Origin: Basidiobolus meristosporus CBS 931.73
Taxonomy: Eukaryota; Fungi; Basidiobolomycota
Direction: 5' to 3'
Assembly (NCBI GenBank): GCA_002104905.1
Contig: MCFE01000201.1
Coordinates: 62,001 to 126,000 of the forward strand
DNA: 64,000 nucleotides
Position numbers and translations under genes: made by a program. The notes under the pieces are model-generated. The model did no database searches. It was not told where the DNA came from and saw only the letters and a list, made by a program, of their open reading frames with translations. Numbering within the stretch: position 1 is the first letter of the stretch; the number at the start of each line of letters is the position of its first letter. Shown here piece by piece: positions 41,583 through 55,536 of the stretch.

Positions 41583-43175
41583 TCTGAGAATCAAGGAAAA
41601 TGGAATACGAGGATATGTAAAAAGATATTTAAGTGACTTTCTTATGAGGTGGTGGTGATCTATTTATATACAAATCAGGAATCTTGGCGTTGACATAATC
41701 GTATAATGAGCATTCATATAGTGAAATTAGGATCAAGGCTTAGATAACTGATCACAACGTAGCAATGTATTAGTACATAATAGAAAACTTACCCTTAACA
41801 ATCACTGAGCCCCACATCCGATTATTATGCACTTGGTTGTTTTATCGGATGATCCCTCTCCGAGTCATTCGTGTAGTCGAAAATAGCCCAGAGAATGAAT
41901 GGGCGTATTATAGTAAGCATATATGTTTAATATCTATCGGAAACGAAAACTGCCCTCAAATGAACTACAAACCTGATATATCATATATGGAATGCAAACA
42001 CAACAAATGATGGAATTTACTTGGTTCGGGCATCTCTTGTTTCAACATTCATCCCATGGATAGTTCGATCATTTAATGTTGATAAACATCGTGCTGAAAC
42101 TGGGCTTGCGGTCAAATAAAGTACCTCTTACGGAGAGGTGGTTAGTAGACTCCATGCTTCTATATGAAGATCGGACCAAGATCATATGAGCGAACATGCA
42201 TGACGAAAGCGCTCTTCGAGGCTTAGGGTTACCGTGTGTGTGTTTAATCATGACGTACATAGCACGCATTCGCCCAATATAGATTGAGTTTGAACTCACT
42301 TGCTGTCTGAGTCATCTAGAAATAGATCTGTATGAATAATCATTTGCAAGCAAGCACACAATGCATGTGGTTGAGATGAAGAATTCTAAATCGGACATTA
42401 CTCCGTTACTTGTTAAGGGTAAGCTGATTTTCGCCACTGGATTTGATCTAATGCTTAGGGTTTTCCTCGCCCATGACTCAGCGGGTCAACAAATCATCGG
42501 TGTGAGTGGTGATTTCAGGTACTATGCGACCCGAATTGATCAGAGCCTTCGCCTGCGAAGAATGCAGTAGAATCATTCGCACAAAAAAGCCTTGCGCAAA
42601 ATAGGAGTGCCTTCCAAACGTGTTCAATGAGAAAAGCCTTCGGTTCGGTGACTGTCGAGTGTGATGAGTAGGAGCTTTGTGATCAACACACTACAGGGAA
42701 TTTGCTTTGTTCCTTGGCCCAAATGGGTGTCCACAGCACTAAGCCTATCGCATCCCTTAGTCAGTGAACTCATTTACTATGAAACATATACCGATTTGTG
42801 CGCAAGGCTCAGCTAGCATCATAATCAGTAGTCGCTTCATTTACGCATACCGTGTATTGCCGCAGACATTCATCGGATTCTGATTAGCCGTGTTATGATT
42901 AATTGCTATCTGTAAACATGCTATTCAAGAAATATTCAATATCGAGCTTTCGCCATCCATAATAACAAACAAATACACTATTTGGAGCCGTTTGATGAAA
43001 AGGGACAGAACCAAAGCTTCTTCTTCTCCCTTTGCCCTTAACTGACTGCTAAAAATTTGGTTTGCTTCTTACTTGGGGCATAATCTGTTTGGCCCCGGAA
43101 TTTCAGTCTAATTCATATATCTATCTTGGAGGCACTTGAAGTTTAGCTCCTTGATCTCGACTATAATATTTCTGA

Positions 43176-46100
43176 ATGGCTGGCGCACCCAATCCAGATA
43201 TTTCTGAAGATCTTGACACAGAGAAACGACCTAGCCGAATTCCGATCTTTAGTTGCCGGATTGTAAATATAGACTTCGAGCTTGTTCGTCCAGGTCCATA
43301 TGATATCCAGCGTACCAATGTACACCCTGATATTTCCCTCGAAAAAGTTCCGGTGATTCGAATTTTCGGAAGCACCGAAAATGGACATAAGACCTGTATT
43401 CACATACACCAAGTAAGTATGGCATATTCACACGTTGAACACCTACGCAACACGCTCACTCTCTATAAGGCTTTCCCATATTTTTATATAGAATATAAAG
43501 GCGATTTGAAACTTGATACCTGTAGGTTTCCATTACAATAATATTATCAAGCGTGCATCACTAACCTGAATTAGTGAGGAATTTTTGTATACAGTTGGCT
43601 ACAAGTATTAACCATGCCGTTGCTGTATCGTTGAACAAAGATCCAAATTTGAAAGTGAAGAATCAGTATGTCCTTGCTGTATTACCTATCAAAGGAGTTC
43701 CTTTCTATGGATACTACAAGGGGCATAGATGCTTTCTGAAAATATATTTATATCCTTATGGTCTATTGTGCCTGTCTTTAAGCAATATGCAGAATTCACC
43801 CTTAACCTAAAGTATACAGTGAACCCAAACATTGTTTCCAGAGTTGCTGAGCTACTGCAAATGGGTGCCATAATGGGTACTATCTTTCAGCCATACGACG
43901 CACACATCCCTTTCCTGCTTCAATTTTTTGTGGATTACAATCTTTATGGGATGAATTATATTCATTTGGATGATATGGTGCCTAGGGTAAAATCCCATGG
44001 TCAGTATATTGCAGATGTTGCCTGCTATGCACAGACACTAACTATGCATTACATGTACACAGAAAAACAGCCGTGGGATGATTCCGTTATGGCCAAAGAA
44101 ACTGTGTGCGAGATGGAGGTGGATACCGTTGTAGGAAATATCCTTTATTTGATGTTGCTCCTCACATTACACACATACCGCACACGTGCTTTGATATCCT
44201 TGATTCGAAGTTTTACATATAGTAAACAAGGACTTTATAGCGGAAAGAGATATCCACACTGTAGACTCTGAGTTATATGACGACCAGGTGAATGCTCGAT
44301 TAGTGCATTCACTTCATGCCTTATGGCAGGTAATATTCGCTCCAAATCCCTTGCATAATTACGTAACACTTCATATTGACAATGTACAAGGATGAGGAAG
44401 GCCGACGCAAGGAGCGCTTGTTGCCGACCGATGCGAAATCCCAGGCAGAGGAGAGAGGCTACTCTCCTTGGAACAACGAAAGTGCTTTGAGGGAAACGAT
44501 CCATAGCTTGATAGAAAAAAACCCGGGAGTTGGGCGTCCTCCAGCAGAGCAATCTGAAAATCTGAATACCGATGTGTTAGATAGATTGATGACTGCCTAT
44601 CAAGCCATTGATGGGCTATTCAAAGATTCTATTTTTCTGGGGGCAGATGTGGAGCCATCTCAAAAGTATATGGTGGCCTTTCTTTGATGCTATCCCAAAT
44701 TACGTTGTCTAACCAATCGACTGTTTCCAGTTCATCTCCTGCCGAGGTGTTGGTTGATAATGTTGTAGTTAGTCAAAGATACAGTTCGCAAAACGTAAGT
44801 AGACACATCATTCCTTGCTTAAATGGCTCCCTAAAGCGCTCACATCTATAAAGGAGAATTGTGACGACGTGAGCAACGTAGATCCAGAAATTCCACAGGA
44901 GGAAGAGAGAGATGAAGATAGCTCGCATGATGACGAGTTCTGGGAGCAGTTCAATGACGAAGATTTTTTTAATGTTAACGTGGATCATCAGCTAGAAGCC
45001 TTGCACCAAAATATCAATCAACCCGAACAATCCTCGACAATCCAGCCGGTCCAAGCAGCCCAATGTTTGTCGAACCACGAGAATGATAAGTCTCCTGGGG
45101 TTGCATCCAAGCCCAATCATTTTCTGAACCAAGAGGCTCTTCGTGGATTATCTATCTCAGATGAGCCGGCTCCGATCAACTTTGCTACCTGTCCTGTTTC
45201 ACGTAGAAAGTCTCCTAATCAGAATGATGATTCCGGCTGTTCGCTTCCTATCCGTAGAATTCCTCAATTTGATGGTCCTGGAGACCTATTCCCGCCAAAC
45301 TACTCAACACTGATGCCTGATAAGAAAGGAAGCCGGACTCCCATGATGGGGTCAGGTATGTTGTAATATGTAATTCAGGTGTTGACACCTGCTAAGAAAT
45401 CCAACTGAATCTTGGTAGCATCGCGTAAATTTTGTCGAATTGTTGACAAATCCCACAGTAGCAATCGAAAACTATTATATCAGGCTAAGGTAGACTAATG
45501 ACGCACTTGTTTTTGAGGGAATTGTTCTGAATCTCACGAGTAATATAGAACCGAGAGTCCAACCAAAAAACACCCAAGGCCGCGCTCACCTCTACAGTCT
45601 CAAGGATGCCATCTTCGTCAGAATCTCCCTCTAAAAGGAAAGCTCGAATGTTTTACTCCACTTCAAGAAAGCCAGTTGAAGAAACCCGACTACACAATCG
45701 CACATTCACAGAACCTAGACGTCGTATAAATTTTCAGAAGTACTTCATTGACGAGGATGATTATGAGTATGACCGAATAGAAAGCACGTTTACCTCAGGT
45801 ATTTACACCAAAGCTAAACCGAGGAAATGTCCTAATACTGACAAGCTTTGATCAAGCATCTAGCCATAGTACGGCTCGGATGGTAATGGACTGTGTAGAA
45901 ATACCAAGCAGAAGTTATGCTGATGACGAATTCTTCACGAATTACGGGTCTAACAGCAGTAATTTAATATCTAAGAATATTGTTGACATTGAGAATTATG
46001 CATCAAGTGTAGACACGTATTCCAAGATATCTATCGTCGAGTCTACCCAAGCAAGAGCTTCGCAACAAACATCGCGCAAGGTGTCGAATATTCTCACTAA

Positions 46101-49100
46101 CATAATACAGCCAATTGATACAAATGATCGAGAATACTTTACCAAAAACATAACATCTATGTGGTCACCCACAGTATCGCCTATTCAAGAAACATTTGAA
46201 GAGCAACCAATCATTGAAATCTTGTCCATACCCAATTCTCCTGTCGAAGACAAGTATATTCCAACACAGCCAGATTTATCGCCAGTTGAACAGTTTGAGT
46301 TGCGTGCCGAGCCACAAAGAACCCTCTTATCCGAGATTGTTGTACCTGCTACAGCAGCTTGTACTCGTCCAGGAGATATTGATTGTGAAGATATTGAGAT
46401 AGTCATTCCTGCATCAAATATACCGCGGAATGAGTTTCTTTCCTTTGTAGATAAGACGGAGGTGCCAGAGATGCATAAGCCAGCTTATGACATCACCCTA
46501 CATCCGCCACGCACAAAAAAGACTTATTCATCCAACCATGAAAGAGTCGTCCCCAATTTTGTAATTGAAGTGCCTCCACTTAAATCTCCACGAGAGACCT
46601 TTATGATATGCACAACCTCAGCGGATGGCTCCGGTAGCGAATTGGATCCTGATGAATCCCCTGCTGAGCATCTCGAAGCCGAATATGAAGTGTACTCCTC
46701 GGAAGATGCAGCCCACTCCGATTTTGTTGATGAGGATGGACTTAGCTCATCATCTTTATCCGATGTCGTCGAAGTGACGCCAACCAAAAGGAGACGACAA
46801 GGTATTCTTTTCAGCCGTTGGAAGAAATCTTACAACCTGCCAGGGACATCAGAAAGCGATGATGATGACTGCAACAAGGTGTTGGTAGAGAGCACTCCAA
46901 CCAGAACACGAAGCCAGCATGATGTGCTGGAGCGAGATCAAGACCCATTCAGCAGACTTCCTATTCGGAAAAGCTCGAAGATTCGGAGTCAACCTACGAA
47001 GATGAGACATACCCCACGTTCATTTAAAGAAAGAAAGCCATGCTCTCTTAGTTTGAAACGCATCAGTGACTTCAAACCGAAAGACAATACTGCCATCACA
47101 TTCTTAGATGTTCTGATGAAATCGAAGAGAGTTGACCAACTTGGATATCATAGCTCACCCCGGAAGGAAAGCGTACTTAAACCAGTGGTAGAAAGCCCGA
47201 ATGATACGCCGATTGAGGGTAACGTTGAAGCTTACAACCATCCAGTGTCTGGCACTCGAGTCACTCAAGTATCTGGCGACATGAAGACACCTTCACCACC
47301 AATCCAAAGCCAGGATAAAGGGAAATCCGTGGCTCATGAGGACGATCCGTTCAGAGTAGAATCCCGCCTAGCGACTGGGTTCAGTGCTTCGGGGGAAAAC
47401 AGTGACCACAATGAAGAGGTAGCACATGTGCTTCGACTAGGGCCTACCTCAAGTCAGTTACGTGCCATTGAGCAAAATGATGTATATCACACAGGGGATA
47501 CACCACAATATTTCAGGAACCGCAACTGCTCTTTATCTCCCTTTCAAACCCCTACCAGACAGAAAGGTATTGAGCCTTTGCTACATATGTCTACACCATC
47601 TGCTTTCCCTAATCTTACACCCGGAAACAAACACACACCATCTACACCTACGAAGTGGTCTTTTAAACAAGAATTGGATTTTCTTGCTTCCCATACCCCG
47701 TCGACCGGACGTCGCTCGATCAATCGCTCACAACAAGGATTACCGCCCGTCATGCCCCACTATCCATTTGCGCCAGTATTTAAAGCGTCAAGCTCAGAAA
47801 GGCTTCCTATTACTGAACATATAGGCATTTTCAAGATCCCTATATCGCCCTTTAGTGGTCGTAGAGCTGCAATGAATCCGGTTTTAAGTAGGTTTCAATG
47901 GGGATCAAAGCGCAGTTTCATCTACCAGAAGCAACCTCCAATGTTGGAGTTCCTCGAACAGACCTGGAAGGAGTTTGATTTGCCAAAGGTTGACTATCAA
48001 GTACCCTTTTTCAGCAATAATAAGGATGTCCCGGAGAAACCTCGACTATACGCAGGAAAGCTTTGGAAGATAAAATCTAAATCAGTCGCATATTTAAAAG
48101 AATTTGAAACAAATTTGAAATCTGGACCTGATGCTGAGAATGAGCCCTATCACGGCATGAGCGAAAATCCCAAGAGAACGAAAGAACGGTTTTGGACGAG
48201 TGCAAGAACCCCACCTACTCTCGAGCAAGTCCATCGATGGCTCCAAGAAAACAAAAAGGGTCAGGAGTCATCACAAGCAACTACACCCTTTTTAAAGCGT
48301 GTAAAGCATCCGTCGCAAATAGAACCCACTACCCCTAAGAACCGATATGGCTTTAAATTAAGCCAGTTTACTCCCGTCTCATCGAGCGAGAACCAAATCG
48401 ACATTCTTTGTATCGAAATCCTCGTCAGTACCCGAAGGAATCTTTTGCCCGATCCAAACGTAGACCCTTTGAAAGCTATCTGCTACGCCTACAAGAAATT
48501 TTCCGGCTCTGATAACGGCAACACCCTGTAAGTGCCAAATTAAGACTGTAACCAAAGCCCCATAATTGCAGAGGGATTAACGTTCGAAATCTACTAGACG
48601 TACTGGATGTATACTGGTGACCCTGGAGGAGTCCAAGACCGCGCAAATAGCAGGTATATTTAGTTTGCACCGAATGAAGCAAAACACGTAAATACCAGTT
48701 CGTATGCTGATGTCTCGCCATGTTTTTCTAAAGGTCATGAAATCCGGTATGTAGCTGACGAGCGTGGCCTAATTGACACGTTGATCGAGCTGGTCCATCA
48801 GTTGGATCCTGAGATCTTGGGTGGCTTCGAAATTCACAAATCCTCTTGGGGATATTTGGCGGATCGAGCTAAACTTGCATATGGTATTGTTTTTGCTTGA
48901 TAGCCAAGATCTCTGCCTAAAACCTAACAAGATATGGAATGAACTCTTACAGGAATCGAATTGCATCAGAGAATATCGAGAATGCTAATGCAAAATCCAA
49001 ATAGCGCCTACGTGGATCCCAACAAGAACTCCTGGAATTACAAAAAATCCTCCACTTTTGTTGTTACCGGTCGACACGTACTAAACATATGGAGGATTAT

Positions 49101-51938
49101 GAGAGGCGAGGTTAGCCTGAACATATATTCCTACGAAAACTTGGTGTTTCACGTTTTACACCAAAGGTTATGTCTGAACTGCTCTTAGCCCTCGAATGTA
49201 TTTTAACACCCCCCTGATCTTTAGAGTTCCGCATTACAAACATTCCACCATTAACAAATGGATTAGCCATCCACAAAAGCTGTTCCGACTACGTGCGATC
49301 CAATACTATATAGCAAAGGCCAGCATGAATATCAGGTTACTGGAACAAACTGGTGTACTAAACCGCACTATTGAGTTTGCCAAAGTGTTTGGTGTGGATT
49401 TTTTCTCCGTCCTCTCCCGTGGCTCTCAATACAAAGTCGAATCAATGCTTTGTAGAATTGCAAAGCCCGAGAATTACTTGTTGATTTCACCAAGTAGACC
49501 TCAAGTAAGTAATTTGTGGTTGCGCATCAAGATTTCCCGAGGGATCCAGACCTGGACAAACCTATCTATATCCTAGGTTGCAGAAATGAGAGCCGTTGAA
49601 TCGCTACCACTGGTAATGGAGCCAGAATCCAACTTCTATACAAGTCCTGTCGTCGTATTAGATTTCCAGTCGCTGTATCCCTCAATTATGATTGCGTATA
49701 ATTACTGGTATGCGAAGGCTTTCTCAGTACCGGTATCATTCAATTCTTTGAATTAATCATTCGTGTTCTTATTGTTGTCGGTATAAGCTATTCGACTTGC
49801 CTGGGTAGAATTCAACCAACGTTGGAAAAACAAAAGTTCGGAGTTACCTCCTACGTTCCACCTATCGATGTTCTCTCCAAGTTTCAAGATCAGCTGAATG
49901 GTATAGATTATAATATACTTGACTGGTATTCTTAATTTCACAATAGCTTATAATCATTTCAGTGGCACCAAACGGCGTCGCATACCTAAAGCCCAGCGTT
50001 AGGAAAGGGTTATTGGCCAAGATGCTAACCGAAATCCTCGAGACTAGAGTTATGGTCAAGAAATCCATGGGAAGATACAAGAACGACAAAGTAGCACCAA
50101 ATCATCAATGATTCCATTTCTTCTGTGTACTTACAACCGCGTTCTATTAAGGCATTGACCAGCTTGTTGGATGCACGCCAGTTGAGTTTGAAATTCATCG
50201 CCAACGTAACTTATGGGTATACCGGTGCTAGTTTCTCCGGTCGGATGCCAAGTGTGGAGATCGCTGATAGTATAGTTCAAACTGGCCGAGAAACACTAGA
50301 AAAGGTCAGCTGAAATTACTTAATCGCTGAGGTTAACCATACTAAATCATCTCGGCAGACCATAGATCTCATCAATAATACTGCCAAATGGGGTGCTAGA
50401 GTAGTCTATGGTGATACGGATAGGTAATATTCTACTCATGTTCAAAACTACACACTTGACTAATTCTGGACGTAAATCCCAGTGTTTTTATTCATATCCC
50501 GGGGGCTTCGCGCGACCAAGCATTTGATATTGGCAATGAAATTGCCGAAACAGTGACCCGGATGAACCCACAACCAGTCAAACTGAAATTTGAAAAGGTG
50601 GACATTATTGATAGCCCCATCCCAAGGTTGATGTTAATTATGGCTATTACTAGGTCTATCACCCATGTGTAATGATCACGAAAAAGCGATATGTCGGATT
50701 CAAGTACGAAGCAAAAACGGATACAGAACCAGTATTCGAGGCGAAGGGGATTGAGACCGTTAGAAGAGATGGCTGCCTTGCAACGCAGAAAATGATGGAG
50801 AACTGCCTAAAGTAAGCCAATATTGTTAAACTGGGAAACCTTGCAGAACCTAACATTTGACTTTCGATAGAACACTTTTCCGGACTCAGGACCTTTCGCT
50901 AGTGAAAGACCACCTGCAAACACAATGGGCAAAGATTTTGGCCGAGCGAGTTGCCTATCAAGATTTCTTTTTCGCGAAGGAGGTGAAATTAGGCACTTAC
51001 AGGTGTGTCATCCACAATGCAAGTGGTTAACTATTGATCTGACTAATGTCGATGTTTCCTAGTGAATCCCACTTGCCACCAGGCGCACTGGTAAGCGCTA
51101 GGAAGATGGCCAAAGATCCGAACGCTGACCCTCAATATGGTGAACGAGTGTCGTATTTAGTTGTTTATGGCGGCCCCAATTCTAGACTTATGGATCAGGT
51201 TGTGTCACCAGAAGAATTCATCAAGAGCAAGTACGTAACCTTATCTTTCCATTAGTACCAGTGATGATGTTGACTTGTATTCCTAGATCCCTGCGTTTGA
51301 ATGGCCACTACTACATCACTAAACAGATCATCCCTAGTCTGTCCAGAGTGTTTAATTTGCTAGGGGCAGGTAAACCTTCCTTGTATCGACTTTAATCAAT
51401 TTCAGATATGCTAAACTCACGACCATTACAGATGTTCAGAGTTGGTATGACGAAATGCCAAAATCCTCATTTGTAATGAAATACGTAGAAACCATGGAGA
51501 ATACGGGAACCAGTAGGAATGCCAACCGGTCAACCATTGACCAGTTCTTTAAGAGTAAACACTGCTTAGTTTGTGGAGAAGTTAACTTGAATGGTAATCA
51601 TATCCCAAGCATATGTCAGGGTTTTTTGAGCTCGTTACTAACACATTTCTTAAAACCGTGTGTTAATAGAAAAACTGTTGTGCAATAGATGTTTGCAGGA
51701 CCCGCAAACCTCAATCTTTCACTTGACTAGGTCCAAACAGTATTCAGAGTCTCGAGTTCGGGATTTTCAGAAAATATGCAATGGATGTGCCGGCTTTCCT
51801 GTCAACTTCAAGCATTCCACTGAAAACTTTTGTCAGTCCTTGGATTGCCCTACTTTTTACGACCGTCTAAAATCCAACGAAAACCTCGAAATTATAAAGA
51901 AGCAGTTCAAGGCAGCTCAAGACCTGTTTTGGTATTAA
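43176..51938 (+). CDS. REV3: DNA polymerase zeta catalytic subunit (over 20 introns, two of them U12 AT-AC)
   Basis: KVPVIRIFGST..CIHIHQAFPYFY; LQFFVDYNLYGM; LDFQSLYPS; KFIANVTYGYT..SGRMP; YGDTDS; KKRYVG; C-terminal CysA/CysB clusters. Confidence 0.95.
43750..43817 (+). other. U12-type AT-AC intron in REV3 (68 nt)
   Basis: Donor ATATCCTTAT, branch CCCTTAAC, acceptor TAC; splicing gives KIYLVNPNIV. Confidence 0.85.
44138..44216 (+). other. U12-type AT-AC intron in REV3 (79 nt)
   Basis: Donor ATATCCTTTA, branch TCCTTGAT, acceptor TAC; splicing gives EVDTVVGNIVNKDFIAERDIH and continues to LVHSLHALWQ. Confidence 0.87.
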
Positions 51939-54209
51939 TGAATGAGAAGTAGCTCTACCCTCACCCTCCCCTCTCCAATTCTCTTGGGAAATAAGTATTC
52001 ACATTTTAATATCTAAGAGGATTGTGTACAAATTAGACAGCTTAATAAATACTTGGTGAAACCGAACCTTGGACATAAGTGAGATTTGTAGATGAGACTT
52101 CATTGAATATATTGTGCTGCGGTCTTTATTTAGGACGTTTCGTGGATTTTGAATCATTCATTTCACTAGTCAAGTTTGCCGACTACATCCAAGGACTCCG
52201 TTGGTGACGATAAACCAGTTTATCAATACATTTATATGATGGATGACCGGCTTACGTTAGTGTGTGAACTCTGCTAAGAGCTACTCTACAGGCCTTCGAT
52301 GTCGGCAAACTCCCCTGGACTCATCCAGATCATGCAGAGTAGACAAAGAGCTAATGAAGTATTTAAAATTGATAGCTAATGCATGAAACAAAAATGATCT
52401 TGGATTACTGTGTGCTTGATATCGCATAAGATCAGCATTTAGTGCACATCCAAAACACTTCACCTCACCCGTGATTTGCCCGGATATAACCGGGAATCAC
52501 CCTGATACTTCATACTGTCATGGAACAGCCAATTCTAGCTGCCTGCAAAAAGCCAAAAGGGGTTAACTAGAGTACTAGTTAGAACAGCAAGTGAATCTAG
52601 ATAATTGGCTGATGGCCAGATTTGGAAGTGCGCATTGATTTAGTAGATAATCTAATCATTTCTGCCTCTTCCTATCTAGTAGCAACCTATCGCTAGGTGC
52701 TTGGAAGTAGCAGACCCGATGTAAAATTACATCTACAGAGGCAGCCAATAATAAGGGTTCAATGCAACTCGATCTCCAACCCGTAATCTGACACTTCAGC
52801 AATTCCTATAGGACCTGTTGGATGCCAGTTTGATACACCCATGTTATGGAGTACTGGAGTAATAGTAGTAGTAATCATGATGCCACTTCCAGCTTCCGGA
52901 CTGATGGGATCGATCTATATCATTTGTCTGTTCTTGAAGTGATTCCTGTTCAATTACATGGTCAACATCGGTCCAGATTCTCCAAAAAATGTTCACATTG
53001 TTTGAGCATGATAAGCTATCAAGACGAGTGCCAATGGCTCCTGCGTAAAGAAGTCTCGCATAATGATTGCCTGGTGCATTGAGCATTTCTAATTCCAGAG
53101 TTCTCACCCACGCCATTGGAGCACACCTTTCACCCAATAACAGAGAGGCCTAGAATTTGTTAAAGCCCCGGCAATAAGGTGTCTGCGCAGGATCATGAAA
53201 AATCATCCACGCAATTCAATGCTTTGTACTCAACATCCTTAATACGGCATCCCGAGTGTATTTGTTCTTCCGATGTAGTTGAAGGCTCGTCATTGACACA
53301 CGGTGGCTTAGCTTGTGGGCCATGATTCCATCAGTAGGTGGAAGTCAAAACAAAACTGGATTTAGGAGGAATCACATACAAGATTTCTACATGGCAGTTC
53401 TCATATTGTCTAGCGGTGCAAGATTTGAGGTGCGGTGTCAGGTGTGAGGTTATCGATGTATCTATTGGTGGCCTTGTCAAACCTAGCGAATAATCAATAT
53501 CGTGTGGCATCACACGAGTCTCCAATCCACCAATAGTGCCCCGTTAAAAATTGCGTGAGGGTAGCCACGGCAGCTATCAAGGATAAGTCGTAAGTTTTAC
53601 GAACCACCCCGAGGTTTAGCATCTTGCGTACTCCACAGTGGAGTTTAACCGAGAATTCAGTTGCACACCGGCTATCGCTGGTGATACAAATGACACTAGT
53701 ATGTTAATACGAATGTGGAGTGATGCTTTACCGCTTTTAATAAACTACAGCTAATCCAATCCATCTCCCATCGATCCCGCTTCCCTACATACTACCGGGA
53801 AGTGTCAACAGCAAAGATCTCGTCGGCACAGATGTTAAATTGCTGGCGCAGTGTAAGCTCGACAAATTATGGGGGAAATCTTGTTCATTGATGGTTGGAT
53901 AAGGAGATAGGAGTCGGGATAACTATATATGGATGTATATACATTTCAGATTCTGTATAGTAATTACTGCATTGCCTATCGCATTGTCTCGAAGACAAAA
54001 GAGTTCCGTGTGAACGAATCCAATTTGAGCGTGGCTGCCATATTTGGTAGATTTTATATTTGTATCCTTCAGAATTAAATGGCACCCCTATGAAATCGGT
54101 GTCCCGCGTTCTGAAATTTGCCTTTCGTAGCTATAAATACCGATGGGTCCGTTGGTGAGGCATGTTTGTTTTTTCTTGTTGAGTTAGTTAACTTGTTTAT
54201 GTATTGAAG

Positions 54210-55536
54210 ATGGCAGTTGAAGAAACGAACTTCCCGTATTACGTTGCGAGTAGAATCACGCAACCACAAGCGATGTCTCAAAGCTTACCTACCAGAGGCT
54301 CTCATTTCAGTTACTTCGGCAGCTCTCTCAGCTCCCAAATCTTCCTTGACCTATCTCCCACCTCCCACGTAAAGCCCGACCCAGGTTTCATTAATTATTT
54401 GGCAAAGAAATCGAAGTTCCCCATCAAGAATGAGACTATTACGCGCGACAATGCAAGCCCTGAACCCAGTTTTGATCAGTTCACTTCATGGGCCCAACCA
54501 CTGTACTTAGAGGATAGTGTGTGTAATGAGGAGGTTGTCGAGTATTCCAATTCCTTCCCCAAGTTTACATTCCTATTTGATCAACTACCCAAAGAGTCCG
54601 AGCACGACCTTGCTGAGCGCGTTAAGACCTTGTCGGGGGTAAGTCTTGACAATCTTCTCTATACACTTGACTGCGTCTTAACAAGATCGAATTCTCCCAG
54701 CATGTAGAGGCTACTTTGAACGATAAAGTCACCCATATCGTGACAACACGCTCCACTCAAGAAGTGAAAGCCTTTATTGGTATGATGGGCACTGAAGCTA
54801 GATGCCAACCGAGCAATGGTCTAGAGGAGGAGAGCACGGAATTGCAAACATTGTTGCGTAGACTTCAGAAGCAAGGAGTGAAGCTGTGGAGCTTGAATAG
54901 TGAGTGACTTGTTTTTATTGAGGAGAGAAAGGATATTTATTGATACGATGTTTAGAAATGAATCTTGTCCTTGATCAGCTTGCTCCCAAGGCTCAGGTTG
55001 CCAATGACTCTGCTGGGCATGTAGAAGTTGAGCCTGCCTACTTCAACAATCTCTTTCTTTTGGTTGAGGATGCCACTAGCGAGCATCGTCCGATAATGGC
55101 TGATGATATTATAGTGCCTGTTGACTTGGGATCTCGCAGTCCAGTGTGGGACTTTGTAATCCGAGAAAACCCTGAGTGGACACACTTGCTTCCAGAGGAT
55201 AATGTTCCGGTGAAAAAACGAAGCAAAGCACCTCGTAAACACAAAAATGGAAAAGCTGCTGCTGGGAAGCTGACAAAGCTAATCAAGCCGAAGAAGAAGC
55301 CAGCTGTGGCGAAGAAGACAAAGCGCGGTTATTGCGAAAACTGTAATACTTTGTTCGAGTGTATGGAAGAGGTAGGACATCCCATGCCGTGATTTCGTTC
55401 CTTTTGGCCACATACTCATCTAAAGTCTTACTAGCATCTGCAAGAACCCACGCACCAACAACTCTCTAGAGATTATTCTCGATACGAAGATCTTGATAGT
55501 GTAATTTCTGGAGTTCAAAGAATTGTAATATCATGA
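54210..55536 (+). CDS. DBF4: Dbf4/Dfp1 Cdc7-kinase regulatory subunit (3 introns)
   Basis: BRCT-like motif N (FTFLFD..VTHIVTTR), motif M (LLVEDATSEHRPIM), DBF zinc finger GYCENCNTLFECMEEHLQEPTH. Confidence 0.85.

Noticed and set aside
53630-53644. Palindrome ACTCCAC-A-GTGGAGT
   Set aside because: Isolated 7-bp arms are compatible with chance in 64 kb
54062-54070. GTATCCTTC upstream of DBF4
   Set aside because: No CCTTAAC-type branch at a suitable distance
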